Notes: generated by a model from the sequence alone, not told the origin. Shown: positions 39,090-48,997, counted from the first letter of the stretch. The stretch is DNA of 64,000 nt from an uncultured Thermoanaerobaculia bacterium (GCA_964512045.1 CAZEJK010000002.1:23147-87146), one strand, 5' to 3'. Made by a program: numbers and translations.

Positions 39090-40832
39090 ATGGCGCACGT
39101 CTTGGGAGATCAGCTCGAAGCGTGCTGTGCGCTGTTCGGAGGGGGTGCTCCGTACGGTGAGGACATCAAGTACGACGAGATGTACATGGACCTCCGCGCG
39201 GAGATTCAGAAGCTGACAGCCATGAGCACCAAGGAGGGTGCAACGGACTGGAAGGCGGTCCGGGCGTGGAGCGTGGAGCTGCTGTCGAAACGCTGCAAGG
39301 ATCTGACGGTGGCGGGGTATCTCTCAATGGCCCTGTTCATCCTCGAAGGATATCCAGGGCTGGCAGACGGCATGGCGATCGTGCGTACGTTCGTGACCGA
39401 GCACTGGGAGGGCGTGTATCCACCGGTCAAACGGGCACGGGCTCGAAGCGCTGCGCTGGAGTGGCTTGTCAACCGTCTGGGGCCGCTGGTGGAAGACCGG
39501 CCCGCGGCAGACGGGGACGCCGAGGTCCTGGGGGAGATCCGGGAGTCGACCCAGACGATCCACGAGACCGTCCTCGAGCACCTCGGGCATCAGGCGCCGA
39601 CCTTCTCTGACGTGATTACGGCCGTGAAGAGCCATCTGGAGAGGGTGGCAGCAGCGCAGCCTGCGGCGCCGAGTGAGTCGACCGAGGAGCAGGAAGGCGA
39701 GGCCGCTGAGCCGGGGCTGGCAGCGGGCTCCGAGGCAGCAGCGCAGACGGATTCCGAGCAGCCAACAGCACCTCCTGAACCAGCGGCTCAACCAGCTGCT
39801 CAGCCACGAGCTCAGCAGGCGACAGCCCGTCCCACTCGCCCTGCGACAGGCACCTCCGGGGCGGCACCGACGACGCCCGGCTCAGACGCTTCAGTGTCGG
39901 ATCTTCGCAGCCACGTCATGGTGTTGGCGCGGTTGCTCCGTGAGGCGGATACGCTGAGCCCGACTCCGTATCGGATGCTCCGCTCCCTGAAGTGGGACGA
40001 TTTGCAGGGCCCGCCGCCAGCGGACCCCGGTGGGAGCGGCAAGACGCGGGTGCAACCGCCGCGCCCCCAGCAGCGGATGGCGCTGGATTCGATGCTGCAG
40101 GGACAGCGCTGGAGAGATCTCATCCAGGCGGCTGAGGGGGCGTTTCAGGAAGGCACGGGGACCTTCTGGCTGGATCTGCAGCGCTACACCGTACTGGCTT
40201 TGGAGAAGCTCGATTCCAGCGGTGGTCGCGCGGCTCGAGCGGTCAAGGAGGATACGGCGAAGCTCATCGAGCAGTACCCGAATCTACCGGCGTTGCGGTT
40301 CAGCGACGACAGCCCATTTGCCGCGGATGTTACCCGTGAATGGCTCGAGGAGATCGGAAGCGGGCCGGGATTGGCCGCGATGTTGGCTCCGCCGGCGCCG
40401 CGAGGGGCGGAGGCGGAAGGATCGACGCTGGAGGGCAGCGAGCTGGAGCAGGCAGCGGATCTGTTCTCCAAGAAGAAGCCGGCGGCAGCGCTGGCACTGC
40501 TCCAGGGCGGCGTGGACCGCGCAAGCAGCCTGCAAGGGTCGTTCCGCACCCGTCTGGAGATAGCTCGGGCGTGCCTCCAAGGGAACCAGCCGGCCTGGGG
40601 GCGTACGATCTTGGAGGACCTGCGTGAACAGCTCGAGAGCATCACGCTTCCAGAGTGGGAGAAGGAGCTGGCGGTTCAGGTGTACCAGCTCTCCGGACTG
40701 TGCTATGCGCGGCTTGTGAAGGACCGCAAGACGGAGGATCGGGAGACGGTTCGGGAGCTGCTGGAGGAGGTCAAGGCACGTCTGTTCCGGCTCGATATGC
40801 GTGCCGCGGCTGTCGTCGAGGAAGCCTCCTAG
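39090..40832 (+). CDS. tssA: type VI secretion protein TssA (ImpA_N domain, long Ala/Pro/Glu linker, C-terminal helical domain)
   Basis: ImpA_N-type N-terminus: PYGEDIKYDEMYMDLRAEIQKL ... DWKAVRAWSVELLSKRCKDLTVAGYLSMAL. It is 580 aa. Confidence 0.85.
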   Translation: MAHVLGDQLEACCALFGGGAPYGEDIKYDEMYMDLRAEIQKLTAMSTKEGATDWKAVRAWSVELLSKRCKDLTVAGYLSMALFILEGYPGLADGMAIVRTFVTEHWEGVYPPVKRARARSAALEWLVNRLGPLVEDRPAADGDAEVLGEIRESTQTIHETVLEHLGHQAPTFSDVITAVKSHLERVAAAQPAAPSESTEEQEGEAAEPGLAAGSEAAAQTDSEQPTAPPEPAAQPAAQPRAQQATARPTRPATGTSGAAPTTPGSDASVSDLRSHVMVLARLLREADTLSPTPYRMLRSLKWDDLQGPPPADPGGSGKTRVQPPRPQQRMALDSMLQGQRWRDLIQAAEGAFQEGTGTFWLDLQRYTVLALEKLDSSGGRAARAVKEDTAKLIEQYPNLPALRFSDDSPFAADVTREWLEEIGSGPGLAAMLAPPAPRGAEAEGSTLEGSELEQAADLFSKKKPAAALALLQGGVDRASSLQGSFRTRLEIARACLQGNQPAWGRTILEDLREQLESITLPEWEKELAVQVYQLSGLCYARLVKDRKTEDRETVRELLEEVKARLFRLDMRAAAVVEEAS

Positions 40833-40882
40833 CCGCAGCAATGGCAGCAGAGCAACCTGTGTGCTCGCTCGATGTCGTACCT

Positions 40883-41833
40883 CTAATCTGAGCGGAGACG
40901 GTAGCCCTTGAGGTTCGATCTGGCGATGCGGAGGTTTCGCTGCATCATCTCGAAGGTGACGCGTTTGACCCCAGATCCGCGGCGCCACGCGCGGTAGGCA
41001 TCGTCGTCGAGAGCCTCCATTGTTTCGAGCTGGGGAGCATAACGGTGGGGGGCCGGTTTGAACTCCGGATGGCCGGCCGGCGCTCGCCGGTTCCACGGAC
41101 ATACCTCCTGGCAGATATCGCAACCGGCGATCATGCCTTCGATGGACCGATGGTACCGCCGTTGGATCGCGGACCGATGCTCGACAGTGAGGTAGGCGAT
41201 GCACCGGCGGGCATCGAGCACCCCCGGGGCCACCAGGGCTCCGGTAGGGCAGGCATCGAGGCAGGCCGTGCAGCGGCCGCAGTGGCTCCGGACCGGTCGG
41301 TCAGGGGGCAGCTCGATGGTGACGAGGAGCGCACCGAGGAACAGCTCGGAGCCGTAGGCACGGTTGAGCAGACAGGTGTTCTTACCCAACCAGCCGAGTC
41401 CCGCACGAGCCGCCAGCTCGCGCTCGAGGACCGGCCCAGTGTCAACGAAGGCTCGCCACTGCACACCTGAACGCATGGAGGAGATCCACTGACCGAGCCG
41501 GACGAGGCGCTTCTTGAGGATCTTGTGGTAGTCGCGACCCCAGGCGTAGCGTGACACCCAGAGCTTGCCATCGGCCATGAAGGTGGTCGAGCAAGGGCTT
41601 GGATGATGGTAGCTCATGGCCACCATCACGACCGACCGACAGCCAGGCAGGACGCGGCTCGGGTCCTCCCGTAGCCGTGCGGTGCGCGCGAGGTACTCCA
41701 TCTCGCCGTGCGCGTTGCTGGCGAGCCAGCGGTCGAGCTGCTGCGCCCCAGGTAACGGTCCGGTTGGGGCTACGCCCACGAGGTCGAACCCGAGCCCGTA
41801 TGCGTGCTCACGGAGGGCAGCGCCCAGCTCCAT
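40883..41833 (-). CDS. queG: tRNA epoxyqueuosine(34) reductase
   Basis: ORF 40883..41998 with the ATG at 41833 (MELGAALREHAYGLGFDLVGVAP). It has CGRCTACLDACPTGAL and CDICQEVCPWN ferredoxin motifs. The upstream His-rich extension is judged spurious. Confidence 0.9.
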   Translation of the reverse strand: MELGAALREHAYGLGFDLVGVAPTGPLPGAQQLDRWLASNAHGEMEYLARTARLREDPSRVLPGCRSVVMVAMSYHHPSPCSTTFMADGKLWVSRYAWGRDYHKILKKRLVRLGQWISSMRSGVQWRAFVDTGPVLERELAARAGLGWLGKNTCLLNRAYGSELFLGALLVTIELPPDRPVRSHCGRCTACLDACPTGALVAPGVLDARRCIAYLTVEHRSAIQRRYHRSIEGMIAGCDICQEVCPWNRRAPAGHPEFKPAPHRYAPQLETMEALDDDAYRAWRRGSGVKRVTFEMMQRNLRIARSNLKGYRLRSD

Positions 41834-41905
41834 TGGTCGAGTCTGCCAGAGAACGGCGCGGTCGTCACCGCCATTGGAGGAGTGGCGGGTTGGTCGCAAG
41901 CGAGG

Positions 41906-41911
41906 TACGCT
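41906..41911 (+). promoter_or_regulatory. candidate -10 box TACGCT, 6 nt upstream of the ATG at 41918
   Basis: The sequence reads ggTACGCTggcagcATG with no SD, inside the 84-bp divergent region shared with queG. Confidence 0.3.
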
Positions 41912-41917
41912 GGCAGC

Positions 41918-42934
41918 ATGCGAGCTGTGATGGTGATGGTGGTGACGCTGGTGGTGGCGGTGGCCTGTGCCGCCGCCGCCGTTGATCAAGAGCCTCACGG
42001 CGTGGTGGCGGTGTCCAGCGGACGGACGGTGACCTTACTGGATCCTTCCGGCACGTCGCCTGCCCGGACCGTGCAGACGGGCGCCGTGCGCCGGCTGTAC
42101 CCCGGTCCTGCCGGCGTGCTCTTCGCGCCGGACTTCGAGGCCGCAGAGACGGTAGTGATCGATGCCGCGGTGGGTCAGGTGGAGAGCACTCTTGACGGCA
42201 TCACCATGCCGATTTTTGGGTTGCAGACTGACCGGTACATCGTGGTTGCGGGGGATCTGCTGGTGGTCAGCTACCCGAGCCGTTCCCTACTGGCGGTGGT
42301 CGAAGCAGGGCTCGCGCGACCGTGGCGTACAGTCATGGGACCCGATGGACGGTACGCGATGGTGCTCGAGCGCGGGGTGGACTCGAGCGTCGTGACCGTC
42401 GTCGATGTCTGGCAGGCGCTCGTCCAGTCGCGCCATCGTCTGTCCGGGAGCGTTGCTGACATGGTGCTTCTCAGCACTCTCGGAGCTTTGGCGCTCGGTG
42501 ACGACGGCGGCGGTGTGCGGATCGTCGAGCCTGCCACGTTTGCGGTGCTCGCCGAGTGGAAGGCGCCAGCGGCAGTTCGTGCGGTGGCCACCTTCAGCAA
42601 AGGTGTCGTGGTGGGCTTGGCAGACGGCACATTGGTAGTGCTGGAGGTAAAGACCGCCAAGCGGAAGGTGGAGGTACGAGTACGCCGGCAGGCTCGGGTC
42701 TCTGCTGGGGTGCACGCCCTGGATAGCAGCACGGAAGGTGATCGCGTCGTGGTGCTCGCCGATGACGGGGAGGTGTCCGTTCTGACGCCGGGGAACGGAC
42801 ACCTGGGCGCTCTGGCATCGGTGACGGGTTCGGTTCGAGATGTGGTGTGGATGGATGTCGGGCGGCGCGGTCCTCTGCGGCCTTTATGGTCGGACGAGAA
42901 CCGCGGAGGACCGGCGAGCGTTGGAGTCGAGTAG
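41918..42934 (+). CDS. secreted repeat protein (beta-strand-rich, possibly propeller-like), hypothetical
   Basis: The ATG at 41918 gives a signal/TM segment (MRAVMVMVVTLVVAVACAAAAV). Recurring short beta-like segments follow (VVAVSSGRTVTLLD, VVLADDGEVSVL). No family motif recognised. Confidence 0.55.
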   Translation: MRAVMVMVVTLVVAVACAAAAVDQEPHGVVAVSSGRTVTLLDPSGTSPARTVQTGAVRRLYPGPAGVLFAPDFEAAETVVIDAAVGQVESTLDGITMPIFGLQTDRYIVVAGDLLVVSYPSRSLLAVVEAGLARPWRTVMGPDGRYAMVLERGVDSSVVTVVDVWQALVQSRHRLSGSVADMVLLSTLGALALGDDGGGVRIVEPATFAVLAEWKAPAAVRAVATFSKGVVVGLADGTLVVLEVKTAKRKVEVRVRRQARVSAGVHALDSSTEGDRVVVLADDGEVSVLTPGNGHLGALASVTGSVRDVVWMDVGRRGPLRPLWSDENRGGPASVGVE

Positions 42935-42938
42935 CACC

Positions 42939-44738
42939 GTGGCTCGAGCCCTGCGCCGCTTGGCCCGCCACTGGTGGCGGTCGTTTCGCGACGGTCTTGC
43001 ACGCGATGAGCTGGAGGATCGGCTCGCCGCTGGCGTGAGCCAGCGAAGTGTGCGCGAACGCCTTTCAAACCTGTGGCCATTCGTTCGCAAGCACCGGCGA
43101 ATGGGGATCTTCGGGGCCGTGCTGTTGCTGCTTGGCTCATTGCTGACCTTGCCCCAGCCGTTGGTGTCTCGTTTCCTGATCGACGAGGTATTGCTCGGCA
43201 AGCAGCTGAACCTGCTGGCAGTGGTGCTCGGGCTATTGGCCGCGCTCAAGCTGTTCGGCATGGCGAGCTCGGTGGTGCAGAGCTATGTGTTCACGCGCTT
43301 CGAGCAGACCGTGTTGCTTGACATTCAAGAGGCGCTTCTCGAGCGCACCTTGCATCTCCCGAAGGCGTTCTTTGACGACAAGGAGGTGGGCTACCTGATG
43401 TCGCGCCTCAGCTCGGACGTGCAGGGCGTGCGTGTGTTCTTCTCGTCCTACATGGTCCAGATCGCGTCCAGCGTGATCCGGTTTGTCGGAGGCGCAGCAC
43501 TCTTGTTCTGGCTCGAGTGGCGGTTGGCCATTCTGGTGGTGCTCGTGCTGCCACTGCTGTTTCTCGGAGTGCAGTTCTTCACTGATAGGTTGCGGGTGAT
43601 CAGCCACCACGGCATGGAGCGACGGGCGGTCGCGAATCGCAGGATGCAAGAGTCTTTGGCCTCCGCCGCGCTGATCAAGGCGTTCGGATCGGAGGAGCGA
43701 GAGGTCGGACGGGTGATCTCTGAGCTTCGAGGAGCGTTCGGCATCACGCTGGAGCGGGTCGCAGTGAGCTCGGTTGCGGGCATCACTCTGAGTGGGTTGG
43801 GCGACGTCGCGCGCCTGGTGGTGGTGGCGGTCGGAGGCTGGATGGTGATCGCAGACCACTGGACCCTTGGCTCCTTGTTTGCCTTTCAGGCCTACGTTGG
43901 CCACGTCTTTGGGCCTGCGCAGTTTCTCGCCCATGCCAACTTGCAGCTGCAGACATCTTTGGCGGCGCTTGAGCGGGTTTCGGCGCTGTTCGAGATCGTC
44001 CCGGAGGAGAACGTTGGCACCGGGGAGCGGGTGGATCGGCTCGAGGGCGGGATCGAGCTGCGCGAGGTCAGCTTCGCCTACGATGGGAGGGATCCGGTCT
44101 TGGAGAACGTGAGCTTCACCATTCGAGGTGGGGAGCGTGTGGCGATCGTCGGACCGTCCGGGGTCGGCAAGACCACCCTGGTGAGCCTGATCCTGCGGTT
44201 CTACCGTCCGACCTCGGGGGAGGTGCTGTTCGATGGTCGGCCGGCCTCTGAGCTCGAGGTGACCTCGCTGCGCCGCCGAGTTGGCTACGTGTCACAGAGC
44301 ACGCTGCTGATGTCCGGGACGGTACGTGAGAACTTGCTCTACGGTAATCCCGAGGCCGACGAGTCAGCGATGATTGCCGCAGCTCGAGTCGCCGAGATCC
44401 ATGACTTCGTTGTGGGCCTATCGGACGGGTACGACACGACGGTGGGCGAGCGGGGAGTGAACTTCTCCGAGGGCCAGAGACAGCGGCTCGCGATTGCGAG
44501 GGCCCTGATCCGGGATCCGGATATCCTGGTGCTTGACGAGCCGAGCTCGGCGCTCGACACGGCAACTGAGCAATCGGTCTTGGATCAGCTGCCGGTCGCC
44601 GTGCGCAACAAGACGGTGCTTGTGGTGGCTCATCGGCCGTCGACGATTCTGGCGGCCGATCGTGCCCTGGTGTTGAAGGACCGGGGCGTGATGGAGGCCG
44701 GGTCCCCGGCTGAGGTGGTTTCACAGCTGTTGGGCTGA
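42939..44738 (+). CDS. ABC transporter, fused permease/ATPase exporter (MsbA-like)
   Basis: It has a six-TM-type N-terminal half. The ATPase half has GPSGVGKTT (Walker A), FSEGQRQRLAIARAL (signature) and ILVLDEPSSALD (Walker B). The start is uncertain; I chose the GTG at 42939, just after the upstream stop. Confidence 0.88.
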   Translation: MARALRRLARHWWRSFRDGLARDELEDRLAAGVSQRSVRERLSNLWPFVRKHRRMGIFGAVLLLLGSLLTLPQPLVSRFLIDEVLLGKQLNLLAVVLGLLAALKLFGMASSVVQSYVFTRFEQTVLLDIQEALLERTLHLPKAFFDDKEVGYLMSRLSSDVQGVRVFFSSYMVQIASSVIRFVGGAALLFWLEWRLAILVVLVLPLLFLGVQFFTDRLRVISHHGMERRAVANRRMQESLASAALIKAFGSEEREVGRVISELRGAFGITLERVAVSSVAGITLSGLGDVARLVVVAVGGWMVIADHWTLGSLFAFQAYVGHVFGPAQFLAHANLQLQTSLAALERVSALFEIVPEENVGTGERVDRLEGGIELREVSFAYDGRDPVLENVSFTIRGGERVAIVGPSGVGKTTLVSLILRFYRPTSGEVLFDGRPASELEVTSLRRRVGYVSQSTLLMSGTVRENLLYGNPEADESAMIAAARVAEIHDFVVGLSDGYDTTVGERGVNFSEGQRQRLAIARALIRDPDILVLDEPSSALDTATEQSVLDQLPVAVRNKTVLVVAHRPSTILAADRALVLKDRGVMEAGSPAEVVSQLLG

Positions 44739-44923
44739 TACGAGTGATGCGCTGGGCTGCAGCCTGAGGGCTGCACGCTCGATGGCCAGCGCAACACTCC
44801 TGGTCCGTGTCACGGTCCGAGGGTCGATCCTGGGGTCCACTGGCGGCCCGGAGCGAGGCGACTCGTGATCGGGGACGCTCGCCAGAGGCTGCGAGAGTCA
44901 AGGTGCGAGTGAGTGGCCAGCAG

Positions 44924-45460
44924 CTACCGGAAAGTCTCGAGTAGCTGGCTGACGAGGAGGAGGGCGGCCAACGCCAGGAGCACGCCAACGGCAAACGGAA
45001 CCAACAGCTTTCGGGAGGACTCCGGTTCGATCGGTTGCTCCTCGATACTGTCCGGGAGGTCGACCGGTGCGGCGAGATCGGAAAGGAGCGTGCGCGCTGC
45101 CGGCGCGGCGTCGGGCGTGACGGCGATCCGGTACTCCACACCGGGCGCCGGAGCCATACTTCCCATGGCAAACGGCAGGCCACTGAGGTGCTGCTCTCTC
45201 CGAACGAACGGTATCTCGGCTTCGTCGAGAGCCGCCTCGATCAGAGACAGCTCGCCGAGGGAGGTGGTGCGATGGACCACCACCTCCTCCTGCGAAGAGG
45301 GTCTCGAACCTCTTGCGGGGGACGGACGAACCGGTTCGTCGGGCTCGATGTCGGGGACGAGGGACTCTCCGCACACTGGGCAGCGAGTGATACCGGCGCT
45401 GTACTCCATTGGCTGGCCAGTGGCCTGCACGTCAGGGCACTCGGGGTTGATGCAGTACAT
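44924..45460 (-). CDS. zinc-ribbon + DUF2007-like domain + C-terminal TM protein, hypothetical
   Basis: MYCINPECPD ... CPVCGESL forms a zinc ribbon. VVVHRTTSLGELSLIEAALDEAEIPFV is DUF2007-like, and the C-terminus has a TM (LLVPFAVGVLLALAALLLV). It starts 6 nt after the pfp stop. Confidence 0.55.
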   Translation of the reverse strand: MYCINPECPDVQATGQPMEYSAGITRCPVCGESLVPDIEPDEPVRPSPARGSRPSSQEEVVVHRTTSLGELSLIEAALDEAEIPFVRREQHLSGLPFAMGSMAPAPGVEYRIAVTPDAAPAARTLLSDLAAPVDLPDSIEEQPIEPESSRKLLVPFAVGVLLALAALLLVSQLLETFR

Positions 45461-45466
45461 CAGGAC

Positions 45467-46681
45467 TCAGTAGTCCGAGGTCATGATGAACAGCGGCGTG
45501 GCCTCGAAGCGTTTGTAGAGAGGCCGCAGCCGTTCGATGTTGTAGAACTTGCGCACGTCGACGACCTTCTTTCTGCTGGTGACCACCTCGACCGGAACGT
45601 TGTCGTAGCGACCGTTGCGGACATTGATGAGCCGTCCGGAGATTCCCTCGAGGATGAGATCCATCGCCAGGTTACCGAACGCCATCGGTACGATCGAGTC
45701 GATGGCATCCGGGTCGCCGCAACGGACGAGATAGCCGAGCCGTTGGCTGATAATGTTGATACGCTTACCGTTATTGTACTGCGGAGACAGCTCCTTGAGG
45801 GCGCGGGACACCCGATCACCGATGCCGCCGAGCTTCTTGTGACCGAACATGTCGGTCTCGGTGGAGCTCTCGAACACCATCTCGTCCATCCCCCGGAACT
45901 TCGCTCCTTCCGACACGAGGGCGACGCTGTACTGGCTGGGGTTCTTCAACCGGTCTTCCGCCAGCAGCGAGCACAGGTGATCCAGCTCGAAAACATACTC
46001 CGGTATGACGCAGCGGTTCGCGGCACCAGCCATGGTCGGAAGCAACGCGGTGAAGCCAGCGTACCGACCGAAGACCTCGATCACGAGAAACCGCTCGTGG
46101 CTGCCGGCAGTGGTGCGGAGCGCATGCGTCATGGCGATTGTGCGGGTGACACACGTGGAGAAGCCGATGCAGTAGTCGGTGCCCGGAACGTCGTTGTCCA
46201 TGGTCTTCGGAATCGCAATAACCGGTACACCCTGATTGTGGAGATGCACGCCGTACGAGAGCGTGTCATCGCCGCCGATCGGAATCAGCGTGTCGATTCC
46301 GAGCCACTCCAGGTTGGCCAGGACCTCCGGTGTGAGGTCGTTCGTGTCGTTGCCGTACGTGCTCTGGAGAGCGGGAGGAACCTGGGTCTTCGGTACATGG
46401 CTCGGTCGTGTCCGTGAGGTGTGCAGGAACGTGCCACCGGTGCGTCCCACCTTGTTCACGACCTCCTCGGTCAGCTCGATGAACTGGTCGGGTTGGTTCG
46501 ACCGGTCGCCGTCGCGGTTCAGGTCGATCAGTCCTGCCCAGCCCCTGCGGATTCCGATCACCCTGTAACCTTCACGGATCGCGCGCACTGTGACCGCACG
46601 GATGGCCGGGTTCAGCCCCGGCACATCGCCGCCTCCGGTGAGAATTCCGATGGTTCCTCTGATCGTGTTGATGTTCGGCAT
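45467..46681 (-). CDS. pfp: 6-phosphofructokinase, with residues typical of PPi-dependent enzymes
   Basis: The ATG at 46681 follows GAGGGGGA. It has IGILTGGGDVPGLNPAIR, IGGDDTLSY (Asp after GGD) and IPKTMDNDVPGTD (Lys in PKTxDND). Confidence 0.9.
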   Translation of the reverse strand: MPNINTIRGTIGILTGGGDVPGLNPAIRAVTVRAIREGYRVIGIRRGWAGLIDLNRDGDRSNQPDQFIELTEEVVNKVGRTGGTFLHTSRTRPSHVPKTQVPPALQSTYGNDTNDLTPEVLANLEWLGIDTLIPIGGDDTLSYGVHLHNQGVPVIAIPKTMDNDVPGTDYCIGFSTCVTRTIAMTHALRTTAGSHERFLVIEVFGRYAGFTALLPTMAGAANRCVIPEYVFELDHLCSLLAEDRLKNPSQYSVALVSEGAKFRGMDEMVFESSTETDMFGHKKLGGIGDRVSRALKELSPQYNNGKRINIISQRLGYLVRCGDPDAIDSIVPMAFGNLAMDLILEGISGRLINVRNGRYDNVPVEVVTSRKKVVDVRKFYNIERLRPLYKRFEATPLFIMTSDY

Positions 46682-46918
46682 GCTCGTCCCCCTCGCGCAT
46701 CTCGTCAACCTGGTCCGTCACCTCGTTGGCTCGAGATGGCCGGTGTCAACCGCGCAGCTCCTGCGTTCGCAACCGACTCGCCGAGTGTGTCATTTCGCAT
46801 GATCGCATAGTCGGCACGCCTGCGGCTGCTGGGGGGAAGACGCCGCGAGCCCTAAGTTGAGAATGGAGTACGAAGATCTCTCGTTACTCGAGTGGGAAAG
46901 AGGGCAAGGAGGTGGCCA

Positions 46919-48244
46919 ATGGCCGGACGAGAGAAACCGCGTATTGTCATCCTCGGCGGTGGTTTTGGAGGAGCGTACGCAGCTCAGGAGCTGGAGCGAC
47001 GGTTGCGTCCGGAAGAGGCTGAGATTGTTCTGATCAATCGGAGCAACTACTTCATCTTTTACCCGCTGCTGATCGAGGCGGGGACCGGATCTCTCCACCC
47101 TCGGCACGCGGTGGTGTCCCTCAGGGCGTTTCTGAGACGGCATACAACCTTCCGTATGGCAGATGTGACGGGCGTCGACCGTGCGAGCCGCCGTGTTACG
47201 TACCGACTGTCGGGATCGGATCGAGAGGAAACCCTTGACTATGATCACCTCGTCATTGCTCTGGGCAGTGTGACCAAGCTTCCACCTGTCGAGGGGCTGG
47301 AAGAGCACGGTTTTGAGATCAAAGGTCTTACCGATGCGGTGGCATTGCGCGACCGGGCGATTCAGATGCTCGAGCTAGCGGACGCGATCGATGACCCAGA
47401 TGCTCGTCGCGAGCTGTTGCACTTTGTGGTTGTTGGAGCGAACTTCACAGGTATTGAGCTGGCTGGTGAGTTCAACGTGTTCTTGCGAGCAGCGAGCCGG
47501 ACCTACCGGAACGTTCAGGTGGAGGACTGTCGCGTGACGGTTGTGGAGCTCGGAGAACGGATCCTGCCTGCGTTGGAAGAGGAGCTGGCGGAGTTCGCCA
47601 GCGAGTCGTTGCGACGCCGGGGTGTGGAGATCCGATTGGGGTGCTCGGTCGCGACGGTTGCGTCGCACAAGGCGGTACTGACAACTGGGGAGCACCTCGC
47701 GTCTCGTACCGTGATCTGGTGTGCCGGAATCGCTCCGAGCCCGTTGATCGCGAAGCTCGATGTTCCGGTTGATGGGGTTGGGTACATACTCTGCGAACGG
47801 GACTTGCGAGTTCAGGGGAGCGAGTCTGAGTGGGCCATCGGAGACTGTGCGGTGAACCTTGATCGGGAGGGGGTTCCGTATCCGACAACTGCACAGCACG
47901 CCACTCAGCAGGCAAAGGTGCTTGGCAAGAACCTGGTCCGGGCATTACGAGGCCAGCCGACAGCAGCATGCGATATCACGTCGAAAGGTGCACTTGCGGC
48001 GCTCGGCTGTCGCACTGGTGTGGCTAAGGTCTTCGGTGTGAAGCTTGCTGGTTTCCCCGCCTGGTTTCTTTGGCGGACAGTGTACTTGCTGAAGATGCCA
48101 GGATGGGCACGGCGCGTACGGGTTGCGATTGACTGGACACTCGATCTGGTGTTTCGGCCGGACTACGTTCAGCTGGGCATCCATCGAGTTACGGTCGTTG
48201 CTCCTCCTCCGATCGAAGGGCAACGACAGACGAGGGTCGCGTAG
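46919..48244 (+). CDS. ndh: type II NADH dehydrogenase (NDH-2)
   Basis: The ATG at 46919 follows AAGGAGG. It has KPRIVILGGGFGGAYAAQEL (FAD GxGxxG), a second dinucleotide fold (VVVGANFTGIELAGE) and AIGDCA. Confidence 0.88.
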   Translation: MAGREKPRIVILGGGFGGAYAAQELERRLRPEEAEIVLINRSNYFIFYPLLIEAGTGSLHPRHAVVSLRAFLRRHTTFRMADVTGVDRASRRVTYRLSGSDREETLDYDHLVIALGSVTKLPPVEGLEEHGFEIKGLTDAVALRDRAIQMLELADAIDDPDARRELLHFVVVGANFTGIELAGEFNVFLRAASRTYRNVQVEDCRVTVVELGERILPALEEELAEFASESLRRRGVEIRLGCSVATVASHKAVLTTGEHLASRTVIWCAGIAPSPLIAKLDVPVDGVGYILCERDLRVQGSESEWAIGDCAVNLDREGVPYPTTAQHATQQAKVLGKNLVRALRGQPTAACDITSKGALAALGCRTGVAKVFGVKLAGFPAWFLWRTVYLLKMPGWARRVRVAIDWTLDLVFRPDYVQLGIHRVTVVAPPPIEGQRQTRVA

Positions 48245-48308
48245 AGCGGCTACGTGGCAGGTTGGAGAGGATGGGGATCGTCGGGTAGGAGAGAGGGACG
48301 CAAAACGT

Positions 48309-48917
48309 TCAGCTCGAGAGCCCGATGAGCGCGTCGCGAAGAGTGGCGTTGAGTGGTGTGTCGGAGAGCCAGATGCCAAAGAACGCCTCCGCAAAATCGT
48401 TCCCTTCGACAACGCACGCAACCTCTCCGTTGAGCGAGAGAATGGAACCACGCTCAGGATCGTGTCGCAGCTCATAGCGATCGCCTTCGTCGACGTCCCG
48501 GAAGGCCGTGTACATTCGCTGAAGACGGTCGTCGAGAACTTCGCGATTGATCTCAGGGTTCTTTCGAAGAGCCTTCTCAGCCGCTTTGATGATCTGCTGC
48601 GCACGGATCGAGCGATGGTAATGGAGAATCAGCTTCTTTGGGGCAGTGCGGAGCACTTCATCGACGGTATCGACACCGGGGGGCACGTAGAGCGCGGCGG
48701 TGTACACGTCAAAGCCCCAGATCTCCAGCATCGCTACGTTGTGAAGGGGGACCGAGCTCGGGCCGACGGTCGTGCGCGATGGGAAGCACACCTCATCGAG
48801 ACACGCTGTCTCTCCCGGGCGCGTGCTCGAGCTCAGCCCTCGCTCGGCGCCAGCGGTGGCAGTGGCAAGGGCAACGACTGTTATCGTGGCGGCGAGAGTG
48901 GATGTGAGTGGACGCAT
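48309..48917 (-). CDS. secreted chalcone-isomerase-like family protein
   Basis: The ATG at 48917 follows GGAGG, with signal peptide MRPLTSTLAATITVVALATATAGA. MLEIWGFDVYTAALYV and FAEAFFGIWL resemble bacterial CHI-like proteins. Confidence 0.6.
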   Translation of the reverse strand: MRPLTSTLAATITVVALATATAGAERGLSSSTRPGETACLDEVCFPSRTTVGPSSVPLHNVAMLEIWGFDVYTAALYVPPGVDTVDEVLRTAPKKLILHYHRSIRAQQIIKAAEKALRKNPEINREVLDDRLQRMYTAFRDVDEGDRYELRHDPERGSILSLNGEVACVVEGNDFAEAFFGIWLSDTPLNATLRDALIGLSS

Positions 48918-48997
48918 CGACAACCTCCATGTGCAGAATTATCTAGTAAATATCCTAGACTGGACCCTGTATTCCCGAAAAGTGGGATTGAGTCGTA

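Noticed and set aside
41834-41998. His-rich N-terminal extension (HRHHQRHHHHHH) of the queG ORF
   Set aside because: It is the reverse complement of the GTG/GTGATG-rich signal-peptide coding region of the divergent gene at 41918. QueG homology starts at the ATG at 41833.
44758-44775. Short hairpin (TGCAGCC tgag GGCTGCA) after the ABC transporter gene as a terminator
   Set aside because: It has only a 7-bp stem, no U-tract and lies 20 nt from the stop. That is too weak to call as a feature.
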